From: Blepharisma stoltei ATCC 30299
Taxonomy: Eukaryota; Protista; Ciliophora
Direction: 5' to 3'
Assembly (NCBI GenBank): GCA_965603825.1
Contig: CBFDEM010000003.1
Coordinates: 62,001-126,000, forward strand
Length of the DNA stretch: 64,000 nt
Below are positions 1 through 14,200 of this stretch, piece by piece. The stretch's first letter is position 1. The number at the start of each line of letters is the position of its first letter. The notes below the pieces were generated by a model. The model was not told the DNA's origin. It did no database searches and was given only the letters and a program-made list of their open reading frames with translations. The position numbers and the translations under genes are program-made.

Positions 1-159
1 TTAAATATTTTTGGACTCTTAATTGCAAAAATTTAATATTTTTGCTTCTAAAATCATTGAGAAAAATTCAAATACTGTTTTTTATTAAATAATCATTATA
101 GGTATTTTATTAAATTATTTGGCTTAGAATTATGATAATACAGTATAATTATAGAACAA

Positions 160-3100
160 ATGGAAAAGTTTTCAGGACTTCTAAGTCTCTGGATTTTTTT
201 CAGTTTAACTTCTTCAACAAGCTTGCAAGTCATTAAAGCTCAAAATTTTGGAAGTTCTTCAAGCTATCTGTCTTCAAATTCCATAACTTTTCCAGCTGAC
301 AGCACCGGTTCAAGTTGTTACTATTCCAGTATTTCTACTTCATCAACAATATCCCACACAAAAGACCAGACCCTTTATCAAACTGGCTTATGAGTGTCTT
401 TAGATTCTCATTATAAATTCAGTATAGACTTAGCTGATGGAGATTATGTTCTCATATTAAGATTTGCCGAAATCCAATACGATTCTGCAGCTTCCAGAGT
501 GTTTTCCATGAATTTTTGCGGTCAGTCTCTATTTGAGTTTCTCGATATTTATCAGTTAACAGGAGGCAAAAACATCGCTGTCGACTTTTTTTACGAGTTC
601 AGCGTATTAAAAAGCATAGTAAAATACCAATCCTCTAATTATGATCTCACTAAAAATAAAGGACAGCTTGATTTTGAGATTATTTCAGTAATCGATAAAG
701 GTATAATTAATGCTTTACAAATTATCAAAGGAAGTTGTAAAGAAACAAAAATTTGTGATAATTGTTATGATCCTTTATGTAATAAGTGCGACTATACCAC
801 AGGGATTTGTGAAGAATGCATATATAATGCGGAGCTTAATGATAAAAATTATTGTTCATGTCCAAGTAAAGCAGATGATGGGTCAATTATAGCGATTTTA
901 AGTGCCCCAAAGCAAGCTTGCAGTGCCTGTATGGTAAAATTGGATGGGACTGGATCAATTGGGAGTGGTGGCTTGAATTATGCATGGATTGTTGATGGTT
1001 TAACAAAATCAACAGAATCTGTATTTTATTATACTGTTCCAGATTTATCAGTTCAGACTACGACAAATGTGACTTTAAAGGTTACTGACTCATGCGGATT
1101 TCAGAATTCTACTTCGTGGACGATTTCTATTGTGAAAGAGTCTGTTATTGTCGATATAAAGGAGTATGATTTGTCATATGATACTAGTAAATACTCAAGC
1201 TTCTCTGCAGACTCCGTAGCTGTAGGCAATGGAACTGTCCAGAAATATGAATGATCTGTCACACCTCTTGTAAAAGGTTTAAAGAATCCTAATCAGAAAG
1301 ATATTTCTATACAATTCCCCAGCCCTGATACATATAGTATTTCTTTAACAGTTTTTATGGATAATGGCAAATATGGAGGTGATGTTGCCACAATTAGTGT
1401 AATGCCAGAGGTTCCAATAATTTTTGTGACAGGTGTTAACTCTACTTATAATAATTTTACTACAGTAACATTTAGTGCTACTTTTTTATATCAGAACGGA
1501 ACTTATAGCAAAAATTATGCCATTGATTACCAGATAAGCTATGGATGTCCGAAGTGAGCAACTTTTCGTAGAGTTGGCAATGGGGATTTTGTATTTAAAA
1601 GCTATGGTGAAGTCAAAGATTATTATACATGCTATTTTTATGTAACAGCTGAAATTTATTCTGGATTTAATGCCTCAACTTTGTGCTATTTAAATATAAC
1701 ATCTACGCCAGTCCCAGAAGTCTACGTCACTTATCCTAAGTCATACTTCGACCCAACCGCACCTATAAGATTTATGGCAAACATTCCAGACCAAACAAAT
1801 CTTGTGTTTCACTGAGAACAAACTGACAATAACACAAAAATTGATCCAGCCATTCTCAATACCCCTAGAAACCAGTCTTCTTATACCATTCCAGAGCGTT
1901 GCCTTGAGCCTCAAAAAGAGTATGAATTCACAATTCATGTAAGAAATACAAAAACAAATGCCACAGCAGACGTTTCGACAAGAAGATGGGTTAATAGTCC
2001 TCCAAAGTTTGGGACGTTTACAGTTACTCCAACCTCAGGGACAGTTTTAGAGACTCCTTTTAGTACAGTTTTCCAAGGATTTGTGGACCCAGAAAAAAAC
2101 TTGCCTATTTCTTATCAAATTTTTCAGGTGCAAAGCAATGGGAAAACAGTTGCTATTACATCAAAAACAAGCAGCAATAATTTCAATATTACAATTGGAG
2201 AAAGCAACGGAAAAGTTCCTTTAATTGGTAGAGTTTACGATAGCTTAGGAACTTTTGCAGATCTCAGCTTTAATTTAACAGTTAATCCTAGCTCTGTTGG
2301 TTCAAATGACCAAGCTAAAAACCTATTAAATAATGGAGCAAATATGGACCAAACCTTATATTTATCTAGCATTGTCGCAATATCTCAATATACATTCCAA
2401 AACCCAACTAGTGGAGCAAGCACAGAAAGTGTTGTCAGCACTTTATTGCAAGCGCTAAATAATTGATCTGACAGTAAAGAAATGACTGATATTGACGTAA
2501 GCACAACTTTTGACGTTATCAGCGTCTTTCTCAATGAAAGTACTAGCTATGGTGAAGAATTAATACAGAATATCAGTAAAAGCTTAGATAATGCTTTAAG
2601 CAAAGCAGACACTCTGGATGATAACACTTATAAGGTGTTTATAAAACAAGTGGATATTGTTTCTGGAAGATCTAGCCAGATTTTGAGCAATGGGGAGAGC
2701 AAAAATAATAATGCTACTTATGCAGATATATGGGCAAAACTCACGAACTCAGTCAGTCTGTCGTCTGAAAAATGCCAAAAAAAGACAAATCCTAATGAGC
2801 CTATTATAGAAATCCAAGGAGACACTTTTAACGTAACTTTGGAATCTAAGGATTATAAAACAGTTAAAAATGTGAATTATTGAAACACTAACTTATCTAA
2901 TTGCACAGTTGCTTTTGAAACAGATGCAGCCAAGGACTCTGGAAATATCGTGTATCATATTCCCATTATAACCACAAATAATTTTGGTAACGTCTCTGCT
3001 AGTATGCAACCAAATTTACCCAAATTCTTCCAAATAGTAATCCTTGCGAAATAGATAGTCTTGACCTAAAATGTCTCTCCTCTAGCATAAATCAAACTTT

Positions 3101-4841
3101 TGCTTATAACATCTCTGAAGAAACATTTTATGTGCAGCCTAATATTAGCAAAATCGATAAAGGAGAACTAAAGCCAGCAACTCAGATAGTAAATATCAGC
3201 TCAGTAAGTGTGGTTTTTCCAAACCCTACGTCTGGTTCTGCCTCAGATTTAAATTGTTTTATATTAGATAGCGAAACAGAAGTTTTTGGAGGCTCTCACT
3301 GCGAAACAATTCCTGATGGGAACACTGTGACTTGTAAATGTAACTTTAATGGCTTAATTGCACCATTTCTATCCCCAGATGTAAGCTCAGTCATGAAATA
3401 CGTTGTAGACAAGTTTGATCCAGATATATTCAATGAAATGACACTGATTCCAATAATAATTTTTAGCTTATTAACGCTTATTTATGTGCTTTTATTTAGA
3501 GATATGAGGAAACTTGACATGCTTACTGGAAAATTCTTAAAAGCTAAAAGTAGATTTATTATAAAATCTATTAAAAAATCAATTGAAAGTGTCGTTTATG
3601 ACACAAATTTTAATACAATTAAAAAAATTAAAAAAGACCTGGAAAGAATGAAGACAGCAATCATTCAAAATTCAGAAAATTTTGGCACAAGACCAATTGA
3701 GGATAAAAATTTTGCTAATTTTTTATTGACAAAAGATAGGATTATTAAGCATTCAAAAGAAGCACTATTTAACATTCATATGAATGAAATTAGGCCTATA
3801 ATTGAAAATCTGGAAGACGAAAATCAGGAGTTTCAAGAACTAATAGCAAAAATAAAACCCAGAAAAAAATGTTTTGCAAGGCTTGTCTCTATTTTTAAAA
3901 CCGACCCAAATGAAGCTAGAATCTTTAAACTTGTTGAAGAAAATAATAATCAAAGAACTAAATTAGATAAAAAGACGAAAAAGAGGATCATCGAAGATAT
4001 GAAAAATGACTCTAGAAATAATAATCATGAGAATGGAGTAGTTAATGACTTCGAGCAGGAACCAAACGAAGATATTTTTATAAGCATTGACTCACAAAAA
4101 AGTTGATTCAATTACGACATAAATTCTTATGGGTTCTTTATAAAATTTTTGGAAAATCATATGAAAAATAACTACAAGCCTGAGAAATCTTTTATTTACT
4201 ATTTTCTCCAAAACAGCTTGGTTTTTGGATTAATTAGCTTTACAGATTTAAATTTTACGAGGACAGCGAGACTTACTTTATTAATGATAAATATTTTCCT
4301 TTGCTGCTGGATTACAATACTATTTTTTGGAGCTCAAACGTATTTTTATAGTGAATTCTCTATCCTTAACTTTTCTCAAGTTCAACTAGTTTTATATGCA
4401 TTTACGCTCGTAATTAATCAAGCTGTTCTTATGGCTGGGCAATTTTTGCCTAGCAATTATCTTGATAAAGAGTATTTAGAGGAAGGAAAAAAATATTCAA
4501 ATAAATTATCCAAGGTATCTTTTGGTGTGTGCTGGCTTTTTATGATAGGAATGTTTGTTTCTTCATGCATTAATGCAGGAAATTTAGACTATGACCAGCA
4601 GGTAAGTTTAATTCAAACCATTTTTATTAGTATGTTTACAACAGTTATTTTTATAGGAGTGATAAAGCCAGCATTAATTGCATTGCATAAAACAATTGGA
4701 ATTCAAATTATTATTAAAAGGTGGCTATTGGCATGCTATGCAGCGTTCAAGAGAATGTTTTGTTGCAAAAGGAGAGAAAATGCTTCAATACATCCAGAAA
4801 ATGAAGACTTAATCATAAATGCTGCAGAAGAACAAATCTAG
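160..4841 (+). CDS. Polycystin-1/REJ-like receptor: signal peptide, malectin domain, furin/EGF-like Cys repeat, PKD/REJ region, GAIN/GPS-like region, about 5 TM; about 1560 aa; one -1 frame break near 3003-3052
   Basis: ORF pieces 160-2883 share one frame and are joined by TGA=Trp (391, 1252, 1555, 1813, 2464, 2881). Malectin motifs LYQT and YVLILRFAEI..RVF; REJ motif NSPPKFGTFTVTPTSG; GPS-like VTCKCNF; PKD1-type NFTRTARL before TM2. The frame shifts by -1 between 3003 and the TAG at 3052; a further TGA at 4104; stop TAG 4839-4841. Collinear with the C-terminal half of the next gene. Confidence 0.8.
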
Positions 4842-5202
4842 CATTAATAATATAATTCTATAATAACAAATGCGTTTGATAGTCATTGATTTTATTTTAA
4901 TAAAAAGATTTACCATATTATTCTCTTTCTTTTAGTCAGCCCAAGGCAGTTGGCTTATAAAATATATTATATAAAGTAGATTCACAAAAAATTAATTAAA
5001 ATGTGACACTTTGTAAAATCTATCAGTAATAGATTTTTTTAAAATAATCTTGCAATTTTCATACACATTATTTATTTAACAACTCATAAAATTATTCAAT
5101 TTCTTCTAAGCAAAATGGAGCAAAACAAAACTTTATAATATTTATCTTATGTATAGCCTTAAAGGCTAAGTAGAATTCATTCTATAAAATCTTGTAAATT
5201 AT

Positions 5203-8200
5203 ATGAAAATCATTTTCTTTTTTCTCTTTCTTTTACATTTGCCTCAATGTTTAGCTTTTATGAATCAAGTCAACAAATTTTCAGAGATTTCTCATTGAAG
5301 AATTCTCAACCCAAGCCAAGTTTCAAAAACTGCCGAATACAAAAGTGGAGTGACCTACCCAAGGCTTCTCCAGCAGAACTCTTGCTTATCATACGACTCA
5401 TCAGGCAGCTGCATCGAATGTTATGAAGAAATAGCTATTCAAGCCAATATTACACGCTCAAAATCTTATAACAGCACAAATACTCAGTGTAATAGTTGTA
5501 ATAACGAGATAAATTCAAACGTGACCATTTCCTCTTCTTGCAGCCAATGCAATGAACAAATCAGCGTAAAAGGGACGATTCCTAGAAAACAAAATACAAC
5601 ATGCTGCTATAAGGATTATAATAATGACGCCACACTAAATTTTACAATAAATTCATCATGCAATCAATGTGAAAACAATTCAACAATAAATGGAATTTGC
5701 TGTTATGGACAGTTTTATAATAATAGAACAGGAAATTGTGAATCATGCCCAAACGAGTGTCCAAATTGCAACAGTACGACTGGAGAATGCATTAAAAATT
5801 CCACAATTCTATGTGGTGATTTATGTGATGACTGCAATGAATCATTAGGACTTTGTCAATCATGCATAGATGATTCTAAGATGCATTCTTCTGGAAGCAA
5901 CTGCGTGTGCAATGATGGGTATTTTCTTGATAACACAGTTTGCAAAGGATGTGGAAATAATTGCAGTGTTTGTGATATAGGCGGAAAAAACACGATGTGT
6001 TGTGATGGGAAATTTTATAATAAAACTTCTGAAGCTTGTGAGTCGTGCCCAAATAGTTGCTTGAGCTGCAAAGAGCAATTGGCAATTAGTGGAGAAATCA
6101 AAATAAAAAATCCTGTGTGCTGTGCTAATGGGTTTTATTTAAATTCATCTTCTGTATGCGATAAGTGTCCAAATAACTGTATGTTATGCGATAAAACAAC
6201 AGGAGTGTGCCAAGATTGTAAAGAGGACTTACGTATAAGTGGGACAATTCCTATTAAAAACTCTACATGTTGCAGTGATGGGAGTTACCTAAAGGGGTCT
6301 TTTTGTGAGCCATGCCCAAACAATTGTAGAAACTGTAATAAAACAACTGGAGAATGCATTGAACTTAAATGTGGCAGTTTATGCGCTGACTGTGATAAAG
6401 AACTAGGACTTTGTAGACAGTGTATTGATGAGATCAAAATGCAAGTTTTTGGAAACAATTGCATTTGCGGTGAAGGATATTCTCTAAGTGATATCATCTG
6501 TCAAGGATGTGGAAATAATTGTAGTCTTTGCGATATAAATGGAAAAAACATGACATGCTGTGATGGAAAATTTTATAATAAAACCTCTGCTGCTTGTGAG
6601 TCATGTCCTAATAGTTGCTTGAGCTGCAATATAACAGGAACATGCAGTAATTGTGACGAAGTATTGACAGTTAGTGGAGAAATCCAAATCAAAAACCCTA
6701 TGTGCTGTGCTGATGGATTTTATTTAAATTCATCTTCTGTATGCGATAAATGTCCAAATAACTGTATATTATGCGATAAAACAACAGGAGTGTGTCAAGA
6801 CTGTGAAGATGACTTAAGTATAATTGGGACAATTTCTATTAAAAACTCTACATGTTGTAGTGATGGGAATTATCTAAATGGGTCTTTTTGTGAGCCATGC
6901 CCTAACAATTGTAAAAATTGTAATAAAACAACTGGAGAATGTATTGAAAATAAATGTGGGAGTTTATGCACTGACTGCGATAAAGATCAAGGACTTTGTA
7001 GACGATGCATTGGTGAGATCAAAATGCAAGTTTTTGGAAACAATTGTATTTGCAGTGAAGGGTATTTTCTAAATGATGCCATCTGTCAAGGATGTGGAAA
7101 TAATTGTAGTCTTTGCGATATAAATGGAAAAAACATGACATGCTGTGATGGAAAATTTTATAATAAAACCTCTAATGCCTGTGAGTCGTGTCCTAATAAT
7201 TGCTTGAGCTGCAATATAACAGGAACATGCAGTAATTGTGACGAAGTATTGACGGTTAGTGGAGAAATCCAAATCAAAAACCCTATGTGCTGTGCTGATG
7301 GATTTTATTTAAATTCATCTTCTGTATGCGATAAATGTCCAAATAACTGTATATTATGCGATAAAACAACAGGAGTGTGTCAAGACTGTGAAGATGACTT
7401 AAGTATAATTGGGGCAATTTCTATTAAAAACTCTACATGTTGTAGTGATGGGAATTATCTAAATGGGTCTTTTTGTGAGCCATGCCCTAACAATTGTAAA
7501 AATTGTAATAAAACAACTGGAGAATGTATTGAAAATAAATGTGGGAGTTTATGCACTGACTGCGATAAAGAATTAGGGCTTTGTAGACGATGCATTGATG
7601 AGATCAAAATGCAAGTTTTTGGAAACAATTGTATTTGCAGTGAAGGGTATTTTCTAAATGATGCCATCTGTCAAGGATGTGGAAATAATTGTAGTCTTTG
7701 CGATATAAATGGAAAAAACACGACATGCTGTGATGGAAAATTTTATAATAAAACCTCTGCTGCTTGTGAGTCGTGTCCTAATAGTTGCTTGAGCTGCAAT
7801 ATAACAGGAACATGCAGTAATTGTGACGAAGTATTGACAGTTAGTGGAGAAATCCAAATCAAAAACCCTATGTGCTGTGCTGATGGATTTTATTTAAATT
7901 CATCTTCTGTATGCGATAAATGTCCAAATAACTGTATATTATGCGATAAAACAACAGGAGTGTGTCAAGACTGTGAAGATGACTTAAGTATAATTGGGAC
8001 AATTTCTATTAAAAATTCTGCATGTTGCAGTGATGGGAATTATCTAAATGGGTCTTCTTGTGAGCCATGCCCTAACAATTGTAAAAATTGTAATAAAACA
8101 ACTGGAGAATGTATTGAAAATAAATGTGGGAGTTTATGCGCTGACTGCGATAAAGAACTAGAGCTTTGTAGACGATGCATTGATGAAATCAAAATGCAAG

Positions 8201-11200
8201 TTTTTGGAAACAATTGTATTTGCAGTGAAGGGTATTTTCTTAAAGAAAACAATGCTTGCCAAGGATGTGGAAACAGTTGCTCTGTCTGTGAAATTAATGG
8301 TAAAAACACTACATGTTGTGATGGGAAATTCTATAATAATGGCTCTTGTGAGCCATGCCCCACAAGCTGCTGTAATAAAACAGAAGGCTGTGAAAACTGT
8401 GATGAAGAATTAACAATTAGTGGAGAAATTAAGCCTAAAAGCCCTACCTGTTGTTCTGACGGTTTTTATTTTAATTCATTAACTTCATTGTGTGAAAAGT
8501 GTCCAAACGGCTGTATATTATGCGATAAAACGACTGGTATATGTAATGACTGTACAGAAGACATAAATGTAAGCGGGACAATCCCTATTAAAAACTCTAC
8601 ATGCTGTGACGACGGGAGCTATTTAAATGGATCTTCTTGTGAATCATGCCATACTAATTGTAATTATTGTGACAAACAAACTGGAGACTGCATAACCTGC
8701 AAAGACAGAATGTCTAAAGACCTAAATGACCCAAAAATCTGCACTTGTATAGGAAACCAAACCTATGAATCAGTTTGTGTCTGCCCTTCAGGGACTTATT
8801 TCGATAGCTCTAATTGTGTACTGTGCTCTGATTTATGCAGCAAGTGTGATGAGTTTACAGGTGAATGTCAAGGCTGTGTTGATCCTAAAATGGAAATAGA
8901 CCAATTTAATAAAAAAACTTGTAGATGTATTGGGGATCAAATATATATTAATGGTCAATGTACTTGTCCTAGTGGAAAACAGTTTAATGGGATTGAATGT
9001 TCGCCCTGTGGAACATTCTGCACTAGCTGCGATTTAGTTGGAAATACTTGCAATGAGTGTATAAATGAAAGAATGAAGCCAATTAGTAACTCAATTACTT
9101 GTCAATGCAAAGGAAACCAAATAGCAACAGTTGATAATTGTATTTGCCCAGCTGGATATTATTTTGATACCTTAAACTGTTTACCTTGTGGCAGCTTATG
9201 CGCTGAATGCTCAGATTTGACTTGAATTTGTAGCAAATGCCAACATAATATTACAATGGAAGTGAGTTCTGATAATCTAAAAACTTGTAAATGCAGAGGA
9301 AGCCAGCAATATGACAGTGTGTCACGCTCTTGCTACTGCCACAAAGGCTATTTTGATAACTCAACCTGTCAAGACTGTGGAAATCTTTGTTCTACTTGTG
9401 ATGAAACCAAATGTTTGCTCTGTGAAAGCATTGAGCATCTTGAAATTGACCTGAGCAGCCCAAAAACCTGCCACTGTAAAAATGGGTACAATTGGATTTC
9501 CTCAGAAAACTCTTGCCAGAAATGCTCTCTTGGAACTTACTATGACGGATACAAATGTAATAACTGCCCAGATAATTGTAAAAACTGCACAGCTTCAGCT
9601 TGCCTCGACAACCCCACAAACTTATGTGGCAGTTTATGCTCTGACTGCAATAACCAATCCGGACTGTGTCAAAAATGCATAGATGAGACCAGTATGGATA
9701 TTTATGAGAACGACTGTAAATGCAAAGCTGGGTATTTTCTTGATAATGATTTAAAATGCAAAGAATGTGGGACTAATTGCAGCGCTTGCAACAAAAATTC
9801 ATGTGAAATATGTGATGGCCCTTGGAGAATGACAATTGACCCAGAAAATAATCTGAATTGTTCATGCATAGGAAATCAAACCCTGGCTGATGGGCAATGC
9901 AAATGTGGGGAGGATGAATGGTTCAATAGCTCAACCTGCCAAAAGTGTGGATTTTTATGTGAAAAATGTGAAAATGAGACTGGAAACTGCATAAGCTGTA
10001 AAGGTGGGATAGAAATGGAGATAAAAAAGGATAATAAGACTTGCAAATGCAAGAATGCTGGGGATTTTTGGAATGGAACAAGTTGTATTGCTTGTGGCCA
10101 TTGATGCTCCCAATGTGATGACTTCTCAGGAAAATGCAGCAATTGCAAAAATCCAAGCACTATGGAGCCTGACACCACTTCATGCAAATGCAAAGGAATG
10201 CTCATCCCAGACAAAACAGATTCATCATGTATTTGTGCTGATAGATACTACAAAAGTGGCACCAATTGCATCAGTTGCAGTGATTCCAACTGTCAGGTCT
10301 GCACAGGTCCAGGCCAATGCTCCTATTGCAGTGATATAACTCTATGGGTTGATAACGGTATGTGTAAGGCTTGCCCTCCAGGTAAAGTATCAAATAAAAA
10401 TGGGTTTAGCTGCAATGACTGCTCAGTCAATTATAACTATTGCAAAACTATAGCAGGCTGCAACTGTCCAAACTGTCCATGCTCTAGTGGGTATTATTCT
10501 AACAATCTCCAAGACTACGACTGCAATTCTAAATGCTCAGATGAAAACTGCGATACCTGCACAGGCCCTGAGCAATGCTGCAAATGCAAAAAACTGACTG
10601 ATTACATTGATGGATATACTTGTAAATCTTGCCCTGGGAATAAAAAATCAAATAATGATGGGAGGACTTGTGATAACTGCCAAATAAGTGTTTATGCAGA
10701 AGATGGCTCAGTAAGCTGCAAAGATTCGTGTGCCTATCCTTTGTGTGAGATGTGCATTAAGAAATCTGACTGTAAAGATTGTGGGGATATAGATATAAAT
10801 GAAGACTTTCTGTGTTTTAAAATTAGTTTACCAGAGGAAAAGTTTGTCATTGGGGACTGAAGTAAAAATTTTACTGTAACGAGCAACTGTCAGAGCTGTT
10901 TTTCGAGAAAATTGAGTAATGATGAAAATCACAGAGGTCTTAGTATGCCTGATATTAGCAAAATTATAAAAAATAATAGCGAAAATGGGGATATAGAATT
11001 TGAATGAAACTATGGAAGTGATAGCTCTATTTTTAGAATCAAACCGAGCCCTAGTTTTAATTTGCAATCACAATTGAGCTTTTCTTTAAATATAAGCGAT
11101 TCCAGCTATAAGTGGTCAATAACCCCTACCTCTGACAGTTTTTCTAAAAAAATTTCAGAAAAATCGCTTGAATGAGTACATATAATATATGGAAAATTTG

Positions 11201-14200
11201 GGAAGTTTTCTGTGAATATATCAAACATAGTACTAAATCCAATTTTAAGTAGCTGCAATGCTATTTTTGACGATTTAACTTTATCAGAAATTGGTGGCGC
11301 CATGGTATCATGCTCAATTGATAAATCGACCTATCAGACATTAGAAGTCATCATGGACGGCTCTAAAACTCTCCCTCCTACACTAACCTTTAAAAATAAC
11401 GTATTTTTGGAAAATTTGAACGACACCTCAGGAAATCTCCGATATTTAACATTTGATGTCCCTAGCCCTGAACGGCCAACAGCTAAAATAAAAGCGCCAG
11501 GAGAGATTTGCTGTGGATGCAATCTAAAACTTGATGGCTCTGAATCAGTGGTCTATGGTGATAAAACAACATATTTGTGGACTATCAAGCAAAAATACCA
11601 GCAGCAGCTAAAGGGTGCTGTTGTTAATATTCAAGCGGATTGTAGTGGCGGTAATTTAGATTACAATATAGAGTTATCTGTAACTGACGCATGAAGCCAT
11701 ACAAGCGAACCTTCTGATAGATGGACTGTAAAAACCAGTCAAAATAAATACACTGTTGAGCTGATTACCCCAAGCATTATATATGTGAATAAAACTGCAG
11801 ATTTTTCTGTCAATTATTATTTTAGTGCAGAAAACTCAAAAATTGTTCCTGACGTGACATGAAATTATTATCCAAAAAGCAACCAAGCTAATAAAAAATT
11901 AATTACTGGTCAAAAAGAAATATCAGTTATATTTAATGAAGAGGGCGATTATAATATTATCGTTGCTATTAATCCAAATGATCCTAATTATCAGGTCCAA
12001 ACTCTAGAAAAACAAATTACAGCTAAGCTTGACTTGCCAAAAATAGTAGTCCAAGGTGTCAATACCACGATTAACGCAAAACGAAAATTTCCATTTTATG
12101 CTAAACTTCTTTACAGTGACGGTTCTTCTGATAAAAAATATAGTTTATATCTAAAAGACATCTTCTGTGCAAATGGCACAGTGACGAGGAACATATCCAA
12201 TAATGGTGAATTCTTCTACCAGCCAAAGGTTAATGATGATTTTTGGTGCAACTTTACGATCTGGGCAAACCCTAACTCAACAACTTCTCCAGGCATCATT
12301 GAAACTGCTTGCTATTTTAAAGTCACGAAAGTAGAGGTTCCTGAAGTTTCTGTCTCTTATCCACCTGAGTTTTACGACTGGTCAGACTGAATTAGATTTA
12401 CCCCTTCGATGCCAAAACAAGAAGGCTTAGAATGCAAATGAGTCCAAAAGTTGCCAAAAGACAATATAATAAGCACATCAACACCAACAAATCAGTGTTC
12501 ATACTCTATTGAACCATTTGTACTTACACCTGGGGTCAGATATAGCTTTGCTATACAAGTAACTAATATAAGTGACAGTGACAAAAATATAGAAATAGAG
12601 ACTACCAGACTTGTAAACTGCCCTCCTCAGAATGGGACATTTTCAGTAACACCTTCTGAAGGAATTGCTTTAAAAGACCAATTTCAAATAGAATTCAATA
12701 GCTGGCGAGATCTTGAAAACAACACGCCTTTTTATTATCAAGTTTTGCAAGTGACGAATGATGGTGTTGTTGCAATTACTCCTAAAACAACTCAAAACAA
12801 TTTCAATATTACCTTAGGCAAAGAAGGAAAGGTAAAGTTGCTAGGAAGAGTCTATGACAGCCGCGGGACTTTTCAGAATTCAAGCTTGACTATAACTGTG
12901 AATCCAAACCAGGAAAATTCAAATCTGCTTGGTGAAGCTAATGCATTAAAAAAAGAGAGTCTTAAACTTGGAGGCACTGTTTTTGTATCCAAAATGGTCG
13001 CTATAGTCCAACTTACTTATTCTAATGAAACCGATCAAAATTCAACGCAAGAAGTTATGAGCACTTTAATAGGGGCCTTTAATGAATGGACTGATAAAGA
13101 TGAGATGAGCCTTTCTGAAGTTAATACTGCTGTAGATGTTCTAAGAGTTTTTGTTAACAAATCTGAGTCTCTCAATACTAATTTAATAGAAGATATTACA
13201 GGGAGCTTGAAAAATGTTTTGTCTAAAGCAACGAAAATCGACCAAGGAACCTTAACTCAAGGTATAAAAGTAATAGGCATCATATCGAATAGGACAGAAA
13301 GTCTATCAAGCAGCGGAGAAAGCAATAAAACTTCAGCAGAAACATATATACAGGCACAGGATATTGTGAAAAATTTGACTGAAAAATATCAAGTTGATAC
13401 TAATGCAAATGAGCCTCCATATGATATCCCAGGAGACTATATGAACATAACCTTAATTACCCTCCCCAAAAATAAGACTTTTGAGCCTAAAATCAATTGA
13501 TCCAAAAACACCACAGTGCAAATTTCTGTAGATACAAAACATGACAATGACGACTCACGATATTTTATTTACGTGCTGACCACTGCCTCATTGAACCGAA
13601 GTGAGTCTTTTGTACAAAAATCAAATGAGGAACTCAGCAGCCCAGACTCTTGTTCAATGTCAGATGATATTGTCTTATCTTGCTCGATCTTAGAAGTTAA
13701 AAACACTTATAATTATTCTGAACCTAATAATCCACAATATATAAAAACTGCAATAGCTAAATCTTCTGATGATTTTTATAATCCAGGGGTAAAACCTGTT
13801 GAAGTGAGCTATGTTATGACAACGATGATAAGTCCATTTGGAGACGGCGATTTTATAGAATGTGCGACTTTGAATGAAAATAATGGGCTTTTTATTAATA
13901 TAAAATGCAAAACTAAGGTAAATAAGGACCGTAGTGTTCAGTGTATATGTGAAGCTTCTGATCTTTTAACGTTGTCCTATATACCTAATATAATTAAGGA
14001 AGTAGTTAAAAGACAAATCCCATCTATAAAACCAGATATTTACCTTGGCTTAGCATGAATATCAATTACTGTTTATCTATTAAATACAGTTATATATGTC
14101 ATCATATTTATAGACATGAGAAAACTTGATAAGCTTACAAACAAATTTCTTAAAAGAAAAATAAGCTATGTCCTCAAAGAAACAAAACAAGATATAAAAG

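Noticed and set aside
2987-3002. GTAACGTCTCTGCTAG as a 16-nt intron explaining the frame break
   Set aside because: It shifts into the wrong frame (TAG at 3035) and lacks the A at -6 seen in the other introns.
6900-8077. CCCTAACA (Blepharisma-type telomere unit) at 6900, 7485 and 8070
   Set aside because: Single units encoding Cys-Pro-Asn-Asn inside the coding repeat; not a telomere tract.
6361-8330. CRISPR array or mobile element
   Set aside because: Long coding tandem repeat with no spacers; no transposase, RT or terminal repeats seen anywhere in the window.
9223-10104. TGA as Cys or selenocysteine in the Cys-rich protein
   Set aside because: The TGAs at 9223 and 10102 fall at non-Cys positions of the repeat (G and L positions), and elsewhere TGA aligns with Trp.
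5860-10339. Short antisense and alternate-frame ORFs over the repeat (and similar ones across the window)
   Set aside because: Shadows of the real CDSs, repeating with the 585-bp period, with no recognisable motifs.
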